Part shown: in pieces, positions 1 through 10,461 of the stretch | Numbering within the stretch: the stretch's first letter is position 1 | How the letters are laid out: each line of letters begins with the position of its first letter | Source of the DNA: Candidatus Moanibacter sp. | Lineage (GTDB): Bacteria > Verrucomicrobiota > Verrucomicrobiia > Opitutales > UBA2987 | Assembly: GCA_965215885.1 (NCBI GenBank) | Contig: CBDCEW010000075.1 | Location: 13,582 to 77,581, forward strand | Length of the DNA: 64,000 bases | Reading direction: 5' to 3' | Notes under the pieces: model-generated | What the model saw: only the letters and a program-made list of their open reading frames with translations | The model's database searches: none | Told to the model about the DNA's origin: nothing | Program-made: the position numbers and the translations under genes

Positions 1-453
1 TTTATTGATAGCGCTCGTCGTTTGAGACAGGACCAGCGCTTATCGGAGGCAACCCAGAAATACTGGGAAGCAATTAAACTCGACGACAGCAGGCCTGAGA
101 TCTGGTATGAGCTTTCCGAGACGCTGCTGCAGGATAGTCAACTAGCCTGGGCCGAAGCGACCGCCTTGGAAGCCCTTCGCCGAAATTCGCAAAGTAGCCT
201 TTATAATCTTCAGTATCTGGCCGTAGCACAACGCTCGAAGGCGCCAGAGGAATTCCTGCGGGAATTGATCAGGGCAAAAGAAAGAATACCGCATAGTCCG
301 GAAATTACACTCGCCCTGGCACGGGGCTACAAGAATATCACTCAAAGCCATCGCAATGCCGCCATTCTCTATAGGGAATTCCTCGAGATGGTTCCCAATC
401 ATCCGAATCGCGAGGCCATCGAGACCGAATTGAACGCACTGGCACAACCTTGA
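1..453 (+). CDS. TPR-repeat protein, 5' partial
   Basis: Frame open from base 1; TPR-like helices (YWEAIKLDDSRPEIWYELS, LYREFLEMVPNHP). Confidence 0.7.
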   Translation, partial: FIDSARRLRQDQRLSEATQKYWEAIKLDDSRPEIWYELSETLLQDSQLAWAEATALEALRRNSQSSLYNLQYLAVAQRSKAPEEFLRELIRAKERIPHSPEITLALARGYKNITQSHRNAAILYREFLEMVPNHPNREAIETELNALAQP

Positions 454-468
454 AATCGGGCTGACTAA

Positions 469-2331
469 ATGCCGCTCATCTCTCGCCGCTGCATCGAGGA
501 CATAAAGAACAGAGTCAACATCCACGATGTTGTATCACCTGTTGTATCCCTCAGAAAGTCTGGGAGGAATTTCGTAGGGCTCAGCCCATTTACCAATGAA
601 AAAACGCCTTCATTTTTCATTCTTCCCGAAAAGAGCATCTTCAAATGTTTCTCCAGTGGATACGCCGGTGATATATTTCGGTTCATTGAACTTTACGAAA
701 AGCTGACTTTCACTGAAGCGATTGAGGCGATCGCAAATCGCTTCAACTTGACACTGGAATATGAGAGCGGCCCTTCTCCTCCAAGCCAGGATCGCTCGCT
801 CCGAAAAGAGATTCTCGAGATTCACCAGCACGCCGCGGATTTTTATCATCGAAAATTCATGGCACCCGATACTCTGAGCGAGTCCGTTCGCCGCTACTGG
901 TCGGAAGAGAGACGTTTCCCGCCCGATATGGCCAGGGATTATAAAATCGGTTTCGCCCCTCCTTCCGAGAAATCGCTCCCTTCCGTTCTACAAAAGAGAG
1001 GCTACTCACTCAATGCTCTAAAGAAATGCGGCCTCTTCTATTTTCCCGACCGCGCGACGAATCTGGAGAGATTTCGCCCCCGCTTTCGCGGTCGCCTTAT
1101 GATACCCATTCGGGACTACCGTGGGCAGGTTATTGCTTTTACGGCCCGCAAACTTGCATCCACTCCGGAAGACGACCCTTCCCGCGAAGCAAAATATATA
1201 AACTCGCCCGAGACTCCGCTATTCCAAAAGAGTCGCGTGATATTCGGGCTCGATCACGCGCGTGAGCATATTCGCGAAAATCACCCATTTTTGCTGGTTG
1301 AAGGACAATTGGATGCCCTCCGCTGCTGGCAGTACAGTATCGATTCCGCGGTCGCCCCTCAAGGTACCTCAATCACGGTTGATCAGCTCACACTCCTGAA
1401 ACGCTACTCTAACCGCATTGACTGTCTCCTCGACGGCGATTCCGCCGGGAAAAAGGCAGCCCTGCGCCTCCTTCCGATGGCATTTGCGACCGGGCACGAT
1501 GTTCGGATTCTTCTCCTTCAGGAAGGCTCTGATCCGGATAGTGTCTTGCTCGAAGGAGGAGTGAAAGCGATCGAAGAACTCAGGAAGAAAGCCGCCTCCG
1601 CGATTGAGTTTGCAGTTAGCTGTCTGCTGCCCGATGAGGAGCCTTCGCCCCAAATGAAAGCCAAAGTATTGACCGATCTGTTTGAGATGATTCTCAACTG
1701 CGAGCAGGAGGTCACTCAGGATGAATACCTTGCCGAAGGGGCAGCTTGCCTCAAAGTGAGTCTGAATTCGGCACGAAACGACTTCCTGAGATTCAAGCGA
1801 CGAAAATCTCGGAAAAATCGTTATGGTTACACGGAGACGGCGGAGGCTTTTCAGGAAGAAAATCAATCCCCAAGGTTGACAACTGCCGATTATGAGCTAC
1901 TTTTGATCGTTTTTCACTATCGGGAGCTGGCAAAATCTATTGCGGAAGTTGTTGATTGTGAATGGATTGATACGACATTCCTGCACGGAAAGTTGCTTCG
2001 TAAAGTATTAGCCGAGATTCGTGAAGGCCTGTGGGAAGGCCGTCAGAGTATTGATTGCCTTTTAGAAAACAGTGAAGAGAGGAACTGCGCATACTCAATT
2101 TTGGCTGAGGAACCGGCCTTTGACGAACCTGTCTTAGTGGCTAATGAGTGTATAAAGTCGCTATTCGAGAAATTCCTTCGAGAGAGGGGCCGTCGAATCG
2201 AGGATCAAATATCCGATTTACCTACTCCTTCCGATGATTTTCCAGCCCTTCAAAGGAAACTTTTCGCACTGCGACACCTGAGGCAAAAAACCCCTCGATT
2301 GCCACCACTTGCCGCAACCACTCAAACATAA
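469..2331 (+). CDS. dnaG: DNA primase
   Basis: Zinc-finger region [38 protein letters not shown] and DGDSAG; directly upstream of rpoD. Confidence 0.97.
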   Translation: MPLISRRCIEDIKNRVNIHDVVSPVVSLRKSGRNFVGLSPFTNEKTPSFFILPEKSIFKCFSSGYAGDIFRFIELYEKLTFTEAIEAIANRFNLTLEYESGPSPPSQDRSLRKEILEIHQHAADFYHRKFMAPDTLSESVRRYWSEERRFPPDMARDYKIGFAPPSEKSLPSVLQKRGYSLNALKKCGLFYFPDRATNLERFRPRFRGRLMIPIRDYRGQVIAFTARKLASTPEDDPSREAKYINSPETPLFQKSRVIFGLDHAREHIRENHPFLLVEGQLDALRCWQYSIDSAVAPQGTSITVDQLTLLKRYSNRIDCLLDGDSAGKKAALRLLPMAFATGHDVRILLLQEGSDPDSVLLEGGVKAIEELRKKAASAIEFAVSCLLPDEEPSPQMKAKVLTDLFEMILNCEQEVTQDEYLAEGAACLKVSLNSARNDFLRFKRRKSRKNRYGYTETAEAFQEENQSPRLTTADYELLLIVFHYRELAKSIAEVVDCEWIDTTFLHGKLLRKVLAEIREGLWEGRQSIDCLLENSEERNCAYSILAEEPAFDEPVLVANECIKSLFEKFLRERGRRIEDQISDLPTPSDDFPALQRKLFALRHLRQKTPRLPPLAATTQT

Positions 2332-2339
2332 GAGAATTT

Positions 2340-4085
2340 ATGCCAGCGACAAAGGAAAAGAAACCAGCCAGGACTAAGAGGGCGAACGACGCGCCAAGAG
2401 TCGAAAAGGCCAAAAAGTCGGCCAATAAAGCCGCTCTAATCAACGAGAAAATTCGTGGATTGATCAGGCTTTCCAAGGAGCAGAGTTACCTCACTTTTAA
2501 GGACATCAATAAAGCTCTGCCAAAGTCTGTCAGCAGCTCCGAGGAAATTGAAAATGTAATCTCCATTTTAGAGAACCTCGAGGTCGACATCATCGATTCT
2601 GAGGATGTCGAGCGCTACAAACAACGACTGGAGGAACATACTCAAGCGGAACTCAAGAGTTCACAGCTCGACATACTCGACGATCCGGTACGCATGTATC
2701 TTAAGCAAATGGGTCAAGTACCCCTGCTTACTCGCGAAGAGGAGGTCGCCATCTCAAAGCGCATTGAAAACGCCGAGTATCGGGCCCAGAGCGAATTGTT
2801 TTCGATTGGGATTACGACATCGTTCCAAGTCAATCTCGCAAGAAAGCTACTCACGCGCGAGGAGCGTTTTGACCGTATTGTGCTCGATAAGAAAATCGAC
2901 AGTCGCGAGCGGTATTTCAAGAATCTTCCGAAGCTGGTCGAACAGGCAGAGGAAATCGATAAAAGAATGGATAAGGCCTGGAACGATATGCTCAATGCAA
3001 ATACCGTGCCCAGCACCAAACGGGCGCTTACTCGTTTCAAGAAATACCAGGCCCGCCTCAAACCGATCTTTAGAAAATTTTGCTTCAAACTCAAGGTCTT
3101 CGAAGAACATCTCGCCTCTTTGGAACCCCTCATAAGAACCACCTCTCACGATTTGGAGCAACTGCGCCTGGCGGAGCTGGCAAGAACACGTCGGCATCGG
3201 GCGATCAATAAGGAGAAAGTCAATGTCCGTTTGGAGAAGCAACGCAATCAGCTGCACCTGGATCCGGAGGAATTCCTCAGAATAATCAGGGAGTTGCGCA
3301 AAGGTATGCGGAAAGCGCACCGTGCCAAAACGGAAATGGTTGAAGCGAATCTTCGACTCGTGATAAGTATCGCCAAAAAATATACCAACCGCGGGCTCTC
3401 CTTTCTCGATCTTATTCAGGAGGGAAACATGGGCCTCATGAAAGCTGTGGAGAAATTCGAGTACCGCAGGGGATACAAATTTTCAACTTACGCAACCTGG
3501 TGGATACGCCAGGCCATTACCCGCTCCATAGCAGACCAGGCGCGCACAATTCGCATTCCTGTGCACATGATTGAAACGCTCAATAAAGTCATGCAGGTGC
3601 AGAAGCAGCTTCTCCAGGAACTCGGTCATGAACCAACCGCGGAAGAAGTGGCTGAAGAAATGCAACTGCCTGTCGAGCGCGTTCAGACGATTATGAAGAT
3701 GGCACAACAGCCTATCTCTCTGCAAAGTCCGGTGGGTGATAGCGACGACACCAATTTTGGAGATTTTATTGAGGACAAAGGGGCAGAGAACCCTTACGAT
3801 ATGACCGCCTACAGTCTATTGCGTGAGAAAATCATGGATGTTCTGGACAGCTTAACGGAGCGCGAGCGCCGAGTGCTCTCATTGCGTTTTGGTCTGGTTG
3901 ACGGCTACAGCCGGACACTGGAGGAAGTGGGAAGGCAGTTCAACGTTACGCGAGAACGTATCCGGCAGATCGAAGCTAAAGCCCTTCGCAAGATGCGACA
4001 CCCCACTCGCATCCGGCAGTTGCACGGTTTCTTCGAGCCCGACCACGCTACACGGCAGCTGGAAATTTCGCAACGGAGAGGGTAA
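2340..4085 (+). CDS. rpoD: RNA polymerase primary sigma factor
   Basis: [51 protein letters not shown]. Confidence 0.98.
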   Translation: MPATKEKKPARTKRANDAPRVEKAKKSANKAALINEKIRGLIRLSKEQSYLTFKDINKALPKSVSSSEEIENVISILENLEVDIIDSEDVERYKQRLEEHTQAELKSSQLDILDDPVRMYLKQMGQVPLLTREEEVAISKRIENAEYRAQSELFSIGITTSFQVNLARKLLTREERFDRIVLDKKIDSRERYFKNLPKLVEQAEEIDKRMDKAWNDMLNANTVPSTKRALTRFKKYQARLKPIFRKFCFKLKVFEEHLASLEPLIRTTSHDLEQLRLAELARTRRHRAINKEKVNVRLEKQRNQLHLDPEEFLRIIRELRKGMRKAHRAKTEMVEANLRLVISIAKKYTNRGLSFLDLIQEGNMGLMKAVEKFEYRRGYKFSTYATWWIRQAITRSIADQARTIRIPVHMIETLNKVMQVQKQLLQELGHEPTAEEVAEEMQLPVERVQTIMKMAQQPISLQSPVGDSDDTNFGDFIEDKGAENPYDMTAYSLLREKIMDVLDSLTERERRVLSLRFGLVDGYSRTLEEVGRQFNVTRERIRQIEAKALRKMRHPTRIRQLHGFFEPDHATRQLEISQRRG

Positions 4086-4094
4086 GATTCATTG

Positions 4095-4124
4095 TTTACA
4101 CCTGCAGTAGGCATCATTTATACT
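4095..4124 (+). promoter_or_regulatory. Putative sigma70 promoter of tatA
   Basis: TTTACA-18 bp-TATACT, 8 nt before the ATG. Confidence 0.4.
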
Positions 4125-4132
4125 AATCGGCT

Positions 4133-4426
4133 ATGCAGACAAACTTCACAGAATCGACAGTTGCTTTCCTGCAAGGAATAGGCACTACAGAGCTCCTGAT
4201 CATATTCTTCGCTATTCTGCTTCTATTCGGGGCGAAGAAGCTTCCCGAACTGGCCCGCGGGATGGGCAAATCCATAAAGGAATTCAAGAAGGCAACTTCG
4301 GACATCGAAGATGACTTCCGTAGCGCGATGGATGCGGTAGATCCCGATAAACCGGTTCAAGCAGGTAGCACTCCCGCCGCGGATGGTGAGAATAAGATTG
4401 CATCTCCCGCCAAGGAAGAAAGCTAG
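4133..4426 (+). CDS. tatA: Twin-arginine translocase TatA/E
   Basis: ELLIIFFAILLLFGAKKLPELARGMGKSIKEFK signature. Confidence 0.95.
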   Translation: MQTNFTESTVAFLQGIGTTELLIIFFAILLLFGAKKLPELARGMGKSIKEFKKATSDIEDDFRSAMDAVDPDKPVQAGSTPAADGENKIASPAKEES

Positions 4427-4502
4427 TCCGCTTTTCACGCGAATTCCTTTGAAGCGTTTCGGCGTGCCGGGATCGTAGCAAAAGGTTTATGAAATGTTCG
4501 GG

Positions 4503-4684
4503 CTAGCCCGGACATTTCACACACTTCGTAGCGAGATTGCGTAGATTGCTGCGTATCAAAGCCTTTCCGAAGCACGGCGGGCGACAGCGTGTTGGAACCC
4601 TCTGAGGTCGCCGGGCAAGGGAAGGCTTTGAGACGCATCGAGATCCGCGGGCGTAGTAGAAGGTTTGTGAAATATTCGGGCTAG
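4503..4684. mobile_element. MITE family 1, full copy
   Basis: CTAG-CCCGGACATTTCACA ... TGTGAAATATTCGGG-CTAG; homologs at 7048, 32234, 33044, 42292; a partial copy at 4423-4506 abuts it. Confidence 0.85.
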
Positions 4685-5169
4685 AGGCAGCTTCGCAGCT
4701 GTTCTTTGAGCTTAACGACGATATCCGCCGTGACATCAACGGTCGGCACATTGAATTTCTCTTTTGTGCCTCTCATGAGATAGGTCTGCGATCCACCCAC
4801 GTCGCTCGACCCTATGGGTTTCAGGATGCGCTTGCGTTCGAGGATAATGGCGATGAGATACTTGAGGACCTCGCGTTCTTCGGTGGCTTCTCCGTCTCCT
4901 TCAAAGAGCGAGAGAAAGAGACCCTCGGAAGTCCTCAATGACTGACTTCTTATCTCGGCTTCGGAAATATCCTCCTTCACGACGTGCTCCCATTTGCCAA
5001 GGACCAACCCGGGCGATTGAAACGCCTGCGCTTCTTCGGCGAGAACGTCGCTTCGCTGAAGGTCGCCTCTCTCATTCTTAAATAGGTAACTGACAATTCT
5101 CTCTCCCGGTTTAAAGGCGCGGCCCGTCACCTCAGAACGTTTGGAAGCCGATTTTACTTGCCAATCCAT
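4681..5169 (-). CDS. Hypothetical protein
   Basis: 162-aa ATG ORF, protein-like composition (YLIAIILERKRILK), convergent with tatA. Confidence 0.75.
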   Translation of the reverse strand: MDWQVKSASKRSEVTGRAFKPGERIVSYLFKNERGDLQRSDVLAEEAQAFQSPGLVLGKWEHVVKEDISEAEIRSQSLRTSEGLFLSLFEGDGEATEEREVLKYLIAIILERKRILKPIGSSDVGGSQTYLMRGTKEKFNVPTVDVTADIVVKLKEQLRSCL

Positions 5170-5311
5170 AATGGGAATGCTTTTCGAAGAAGCGCCTGTA
5201 AATGTAAAGTCATTTACATCTTCATTTGCGCAATCACTTGTGTAATATTATCTTTGAAACCTGACACGGAATTCTGACGCCGATTTACCTGCCCGACCAT
5301 TTATCTGACGA

Positions 5312-5917
5312 ATGCCGTTGAAAAGCGAACTCTCAAATGCGCCCACTTACGCCGGATCTTTCGCCGCTCAAGCCGCCCTCATCATCATCGACATGCAGGA
5401 GGCATTTCTGAGAACAATCCCGGGTTCTCGAGAACTGCTGAGTCGCTGCTGCTTCGCGTCGGAAGCGGCGAAGCTCATGGAGGTTCCGGTATTCCTGACC
5501 GAGCAAGTCCCCGACAAACTTGGAAGTCTGCATCCCGAATTGAAAGCAGCCGCGTCCCAAGGGAGAGTCTTTGAGAAAAGCGCATTTTCCGCCCTGAATT
5601 CCAGTCCGCTCCTCTCCTCTCTTCGAAACGGCCAATTCAACCATCTCTTGCTTGGTGGCTTAGAGACTTCGATCTGTGTTTATCAAACAGCGATCCAGGC
5701 ACTACAGGAGCGTTTTGAAGTTACCCTTCTTACCGATTGTATCGGTGCCCGCCGTGCCAACGACGAATTGGCGGTTCTGGACTATCTGAAGCGGGAAAAA
5801 CGCTGTCATTTACTTCCCTCCGAAACGATATTTTATAGTCTCCTGGGTGGCGCGGACCACCCAGATTTTCGAACTTTTACCTCGCTTGTAAAGAAATACA
5901 GCGCGCAGACTTCATAA
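5312..5917 (+). CDS. Isochorismatase-family hydrolase
   Basis: ALIIIDMQE, TEQVPDKLG, KSAFSA, GLETSICVYQT. Confidence 0.92.
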   Translation: MPLKSELSNAPTYAGSFAAQAALIIIDMQEAFLRTIPGSRELLSRCCFASEAAKLMEVPVFLTEQVPDKLGSLHPELKAAASQGRVFEKSAFSALNSSPLLSSLRNGQFNHLLLGGLETSICVYQTAIQALQERFEVTLLTDCIGARRANDELAVLDYLKREKRCHLLPSETIFYSLLGGADHPDFRTFTSLVKKYSAQTS

Positions 5918-6930
5918 TGTCCGAATCAGAACCCAGCTATCCCAGCGTGCTCGACTTGAAGAACCTCGACCAGAGCCAGAGTGCGACTTTTACGAGCCTC
6001 CTTCTTATTCGCCAGGTGCGGCGTCGAACCGCCAAAAACGGCAATGAATATCTCGCCGTGGAGCTCGGCGACAAAACCGGTAACTTCCAATTTATATGCT
6101 TTAACGATTCGCCACCGCACCAATTCTTCGCCTCCGCCGAGCCGGGCGCAGTTGTGAAAGTGGACGGGCGCACGGAATACTACCAGGAACGGTTTTCACC
6201 CCGTATTCATGCCGTCAATCTGGTATCCGAAGAGCGAATAGCATCGGAGAATCTCCTTGAACGGCTGCTCAGTTCGGCCGCTGAGAATGCTCAGTCTCTC
6301 TGGGAGGAATTGCTTGGATACGTGAGCGACATAACAGATGAGTCGCTTCGGCATACCGTTAATCAGGTGTTATCGGAAACAGAGGAGAAATTCAGGACTG
6401 TCCCGGCGGCCATCTCGATGCATCACGCCTATCGAGGTGGTCTACTCGAACACACCGTCCATCTCTGTCGGACATGCAGAGCCTTATTGCCACTGTACCC
6501 CGAAGTTGACGCGGATTTGGCAATGAGCGGTATTATTGTGCACGACATTGGCAAGACTCTGGAGTACTCCGGCGACCTTGCTACCAAACGTAGCCGAGCG
6601 GGTATTCTTCACGGCCATGTAGTCCTTGGCTATAGACTGGTTCGCAAGGCCGCTCTCAAAGCGAAACTGAACCTCCAACAACGAGAGCGGCTCGAACACA
6701 TTGTGCTGAGCCACCAGGGCGAGATTGAATGGGGAGCCGCCACCATGGCAGCCACGCCTGAGGCGATTTTTGTATCGATGCTCGATAATCTCGACGCCAA
6801 AATGGGAATGGTGCAACACGCTCTGCGCACTACGCCGGAAAGGGACGAATTGTCTGAATATTTACCTGGTTTGAAAACCCAACTGCTTACCCGGCCAATC
6901 CGTCGAGACGAAGAAAAAACCGCCCCCTGA
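5917..6930 (+). CDS. OB-fold/HD 3'-5' exoribonuclease, YhaM-like
   Basis: N-terminal OB fold (LGDKTG), HHAYRGGLLEH, HDIGK, LSHQG, DNLDAK. Confidence 0.9.
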   Translation: MSESEPSYPSVLDLKNLDQSQSATFTSLLLIRQVRRRTAKNGNEYLAVELGDKTGNFQFICFNDSPPHQFFASAEPGAVVKVDGRTEYYQERFSPRIHAVNLVSEERIASENLLERLLSSAAENAQSLWEELLGYVSDITDESLRHTVNQVLSETEEKFRTVPAAISMHHAYRGGLLEHTVHLCRTCRALLPLYPEVDADLAMSGIIVHDIGKTLEYSGDLATKRSRAGILHGHVVLGYRLVRKAALKAKLNLQQRERLEHIVLSHQGEIEWGAATMAATPEAIFVSMLDNLDAKMGMVQHALRTTPERDELSEYLPGLKTQLLTRPIRRDEEKTAP

Positions 6931-6955
6931 TCTTTCCTGTCGCAGGCAGTTTTAG

Positions 6956-7047
6956 GAATATGTCGGCGGTCGAATCGCCCGCAATGCACGAACCCGCGGT
7001 GATAGCTGATCGTTTCAGCGAATCTCTATGCTAAACCCGACAGGTTC
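6956..7047. mobile_element. MITE family 2 (GAATCTGTCGG...CCGACAGATTC type)
   Basis: GAATATGTCGG / CCGACAGGTTC inverted ends flanked by TTAG and CAAG; relatives at 33034, 40641, 42149, 63739. Confidence 0.6.
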
Positions 7048-7229
7048 CAAGCCCGGACAATTCACACACATCGTAGCGAGACTGCGTAGGTTGCTGCGGA
7101 TCATGGCCTTTTCGCAGTCCGGCGGGCGACAGCGTGTTAGAACACTTTGAGGTCGACGGAGAAGAGAAGGCCTTGAGGCTCAGTGAGATCCGCAGCCGCA
7201 GCAGATGGTTTGTGCAATGTTCGGGCTAA
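7048..7229. mobile_element. MITE family 1, full copy
   Basis: Colinear with 4503-4684 over 182 bp; CAAG and CTAA flanks. Confidence 0.85.
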
Positions 7230-7907
7230 GGGAACACTAACTTGAGCTTTCCCCTCTCCAGGGTCGCATCGCTCAATTGTATCCACGCGGGGTACAACTT
7301 TTCATATTCCTCCGAGATAGTGAAACTCTTGGCGGCGAGATTGAATAGGAGTTTCGGCATGCCCCCAAATTCTGGTATTGGACAAGCTCCGATATAACCC
7401 GATTGTGCCTCGAATTGATAGACCCCACTGTCATTCGACAAACTTCCCTTCGCTTGAAAGAGAAATTTCTTTGACGCAGAAAGAATCGGGATACCTATTT
7501 GAGATGAGATTTGCAGTCTGTCATCGACTATTCGAAAGTTTGGCGTGGCCGGTACCATTTTGACCTTACCCATGATACTCTCACTTTTGCCGGCTTTGGG
7601 ATCAGGCTTAAAAGACGTGCGAGCCCACCTGTTCAATTCGCCCTCGCTGATAGCGATGCCTCCCTTCCGAGCCTTCTCGATAATTGCCTTTTTCGTTTTC
7701 CAAGTCGTACCCCCCTTTTCTTCACCGGCGATATAATAAACAACTTTGGGATCCCGCTCCTCTTCCGGCGGCAGTTCCTTCACGAGCGAAATCGGAAGGA
7801 AAGCGAGGTTCACTGCCGCTAACATTGCCCCAATCAGCGCGCTCACTATTGCGAGCGTTAAGGAACCCTCCCAAACTCGGTCCAGATTCTTCACTCTCTT
7901 TAGCCAT
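7226..7907 (-). CDS. Hypothetical membrane-anchored protein, probable 1-nt frameshift near 7860
   Basis: 222-aa ORF with N-terminal TM; the ATG preceded by GAGGA (7907, MAKESEESGPSLGGF) is in another frame. Confidence 0.7.
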
Positions 7908-7945
7908 GATTATCTATCCTCACTTCTAAACGATTGCCTCGTCAT

Positions 7946-8269
7946 TCAGGTTGATACTTTCGTTTCTGAAGACTTTGCACCATCCTTCGGTTTTTCTGTC
8001 GATTCCTTATCTTTGCTCTCGGAGGTTTTTTCTTTTCCCGTCGAATCCGAGCTCGCTTTTTCAGTCTTTTCTTGAGGTTCCTTTACCTTCTTATAGTCCG
8101 TTTCGTAAAAACCGCTTCCCTTGAATATGATTCCGGCTCCTGCGCCTATGAGCCGTTTCAGCTTGTGCTTCCTGCATTTCGGACATCTCTTAAGCGAGGC
8201 CGCCGATATCGATTGAAATATCTCTAAAGTATGACTGCAAGACTCACAAATGTACTCGTAGGTGGGCAT
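7946..8269 (-). CDS. FmdB-family zinc ribbon protein
   Basis: MPTYEYICESC...CPKC, FKGSGFYETDY. Confidence 0.93.
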   Translation of the reverse strand: MPTYEYICESCSHTLEIFQSISAASLKRCPKCRKHKLKRLIGAGAGIIFKGSGFYETDYKKVKEPQEKTEKASSDSTGKEKTSESKDKESTEKPKDGAKSSETKVST

Positions 8270-8289
8270 CGTGGCAACAACAATTTGTG

Positions 8290-8997
8290 TTATCGAATAA
8301 GTGTCTTTAATTGTTGATAATCAACACTATCTGCTATAAACTTCCTTCTTTTTCCAATACTGCGAAAACGATTGTGTAGTAGGCAATTATCATCGTAAAG
8401 CCAAGGAAAAAAGCAAATCCGGCAACAGGCAAGGAAAAAAGCAAATCCTACCACGATAACACCCGTGAAAGAGAGTGACGGTATGATAATTCGCCTCCCT
8501 GCCTTTCTAACAAGACGGAATACCAGGTCCAAACGCGCGAGATCCTCAAAGCGTTCTCGGCTCTGATAATTACAAAGGGCCGCAATTGTCAGTATCGGAC
8601 CAAAGAATAATGCCGCCGCCAATGGCAGATACGCAACCGCCATCAGGAAACCGAATATGAATCCGAACAGGGCCATGGCAGGATTGGGTACAATATCCAG
8701 ACTACGGGCGAGAAGGGCCGTCAGCATTCCTCCCAGGAAAACGGGAATGCCGAAGAATAGCAGAATCACTGCGAGGAATCGCAATCCGTCGACAAACAAT
8801 CCTTTCCATTCATGTGGATCCCATGGCGGCAAAATCAATTTGCCAGAACGGCGTACTTTTTCTGAGTATCGGTAGAGATATCCTAGAGCAAAGATGTTTA
8901 CAACAGGCAGGAAGCTTACTAACCCACCGATCAGAAAACGGGCATTGAAGTGTTCTCCAGTCGATACCTTTTGACAGATTTCTTCGAATGAGGGCAT
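8290..8997 (-). CDS. DUF4013-like membrane protein with C-terminal frameshift
   Basis: FLPVVNIFALGYLYR, LPPWD, LFVDGLR; a 19-bp duplication at 8402-8448 shifts the frame; likely native stop at 8334. Confidence 0.75.
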   Translation of the reverse strand: MPSFEEICQKVSTGEHFNARFLIGGLVSFLPVVNIFALGYLYRYSEKVRRSGKLILPPWDPHEWKGLFVDGLRFLAVILLFFGIPVFLGGMLTALLARSLDIVPNPAMALFGFIFGFLMAVAYLPLAAALFFGPILTIAALCNYQSRERFEDLARLDLVFRLVRKAGRRIIIPSLSFTGVIVVGFAFFLACCRICFFPWLYDDNCLLHNRFRSIGKRRKFIADSVDYQQLKTLIR

Positions 8998-9060
8998 GGA
9001 AATATTACGAACCGAATTAGCTACTATTGTCGGAGACATAGTGCGAAAACAAGGATTATT

Positions 9061-9939
9061 ATGGATTTTAAAGGTTGCGTAGAGCAATACCGCAAGCTCG
9101 TCGAAGAAGGGATTACTCGCTGGGTGCCATCCTCACGGACGCGCCCGCGGATTCTTCACGAAGCGATGAATTACAGTTTGAAAGCCGGAGGCAAGCGATT
9201 GCGCCCTGTCCTCTTACTTGCTGGAAACTCACTCTTCCCCAGCCGGGCGGATCCTATCCCAGCGGCGGTAGCAATCGAGTGTCTCCACACCTATTCCCTC
9301 ATTCATGACGACCTGCCAAGCATGGATAACAGCGATCTGCGCAGGGGAGTGCCCACATGCCACGTCCAGTTCGACGAGGCCACAGCGATCCTTGCAGGGG
9401 ATGCTCTCTTGACCCACGCTTTTGCTCTACTGGCAGATGCCTACAGGGCCCAAACCGATTTGGCGCTTTCTCTCATATCGGATATGGGCAAGGCAGCCGA
9501 CAGTCAGCGTCTTATCGGCGGACAAATGGAGGACATTCTGGGAGAGAAGCGGGATATAACTGAGGATCAGCTTGAATATATCCATTCGAACAAGACCGCC
9601 GCGATGATTTCTAGCGCGCTAACCATGGGAGTGCGTCTCACTGAGGCAGATGAACAGAATATCCGGCTGGCCGCCGATCTCGGACGGAACCTCGGTCTCG
9701 CCTACCAGATCGTGGACGATATTCTGGACGCTACAGGAGACACGGAAACATTGGGTAAGAGAGCCGGGGCGGACGCCAATAACAGCAAAAATACTTATAT
9801 CAAAATCCTTGGTTTGGAAGACTCTCGAGAAAAGGCTCGCGAACTCACCACGGCCGCCGTGGAAGTTTGTGGAAATATTGATGCCGAGACTGAGTTTCTC
9901 GTCTCTCTAATCCAGTGGATGGAACACCGGATTAACTAA
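9061..9939 (+). CDS. ispA: Polyprenyl (farnesyl) diphosphate synthase
   Basis: GGKRLRP, HDDLPSMDNSDLRRG, QIVDDILD. Confidence 0.93.
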   Translation: MDFKGCVEQYRKLVEEGITRWVPSSRTRPRILHEAMNYSLKAGGKRLRPVLLLAGNSLFPSRADPIPAAVAIECLHTYSLIHDDLPSMDNSDLRRGVPTCHVQFDEATAILAGDALLTHAFALLADAYRAQTDLALSLISDMGKAADSQRLIGGQMEDILGEKRDITEDQLEYIHSNKTAAMISSALTMGVRLTEADEQNIRLAADLGRNLGLAYQIVDDILDATGDTETLGKRAGADANNSKNTYIKILGLEDSREKARELTTAAVEVCGNIDAETEFLVSLIQWMEHRIN

Positions 9940-9956
9940 AACCCTAAGGCAACCTA

Positions 9957-10460
9957 CGATTACGACTGCGACTCACGAACCGGCATCCAACACCATCTTA
10001 GTCGTAATCGTTCTCAAAGAGGGATGCCCGCTAAAGACGCGAAAATGCGCGAAAGCGAGGGAAAGGGAATGGAAGAATAGTCGTTTCGTTTCAAGCTCAG
10101 CGAGGCGCAACGAAACCAACTCGAATACCCGTGAGGGTTGTAGGACCGCGCTTGCGCGGGATGAACCAGGATCGACTCATCCGCCTGATTCATCCCGCGG
10201 CAAGCGCTACATCCTAACGGTTATCGATGCGGCCAAACAATAGACACGCCAAAGAGCTCTCTTAATTTCGCGTTCTTTCGCGTATTTAGCGGGCAATCAT
10301 CTCTCATATCTTCGTATTCCCAGCTCAGACAGAACCCGGTTTATCCTCGAACACCTGATCGAGTATTCGCTATTTTTGAAGCGCCCGCTAAACATCCGTG
10401 CCCGTCAGCTGTTATCCGTGGTTTCTTTTCTATTGCTGCGTTCGTTTTGGTTGCGGCTGC
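9957..10460. repeat. Mosaic intergenic repeat cluster
   Basis: TGCCCGCTAAAGACGCGAAAATGCGCGAAA (10025-10054) and an inverted copy (10266-10295) bracket a GTAG REP-like inverted pair (10140-10218). Confidence 0.7.
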
Positions 10461-10461
10461 G

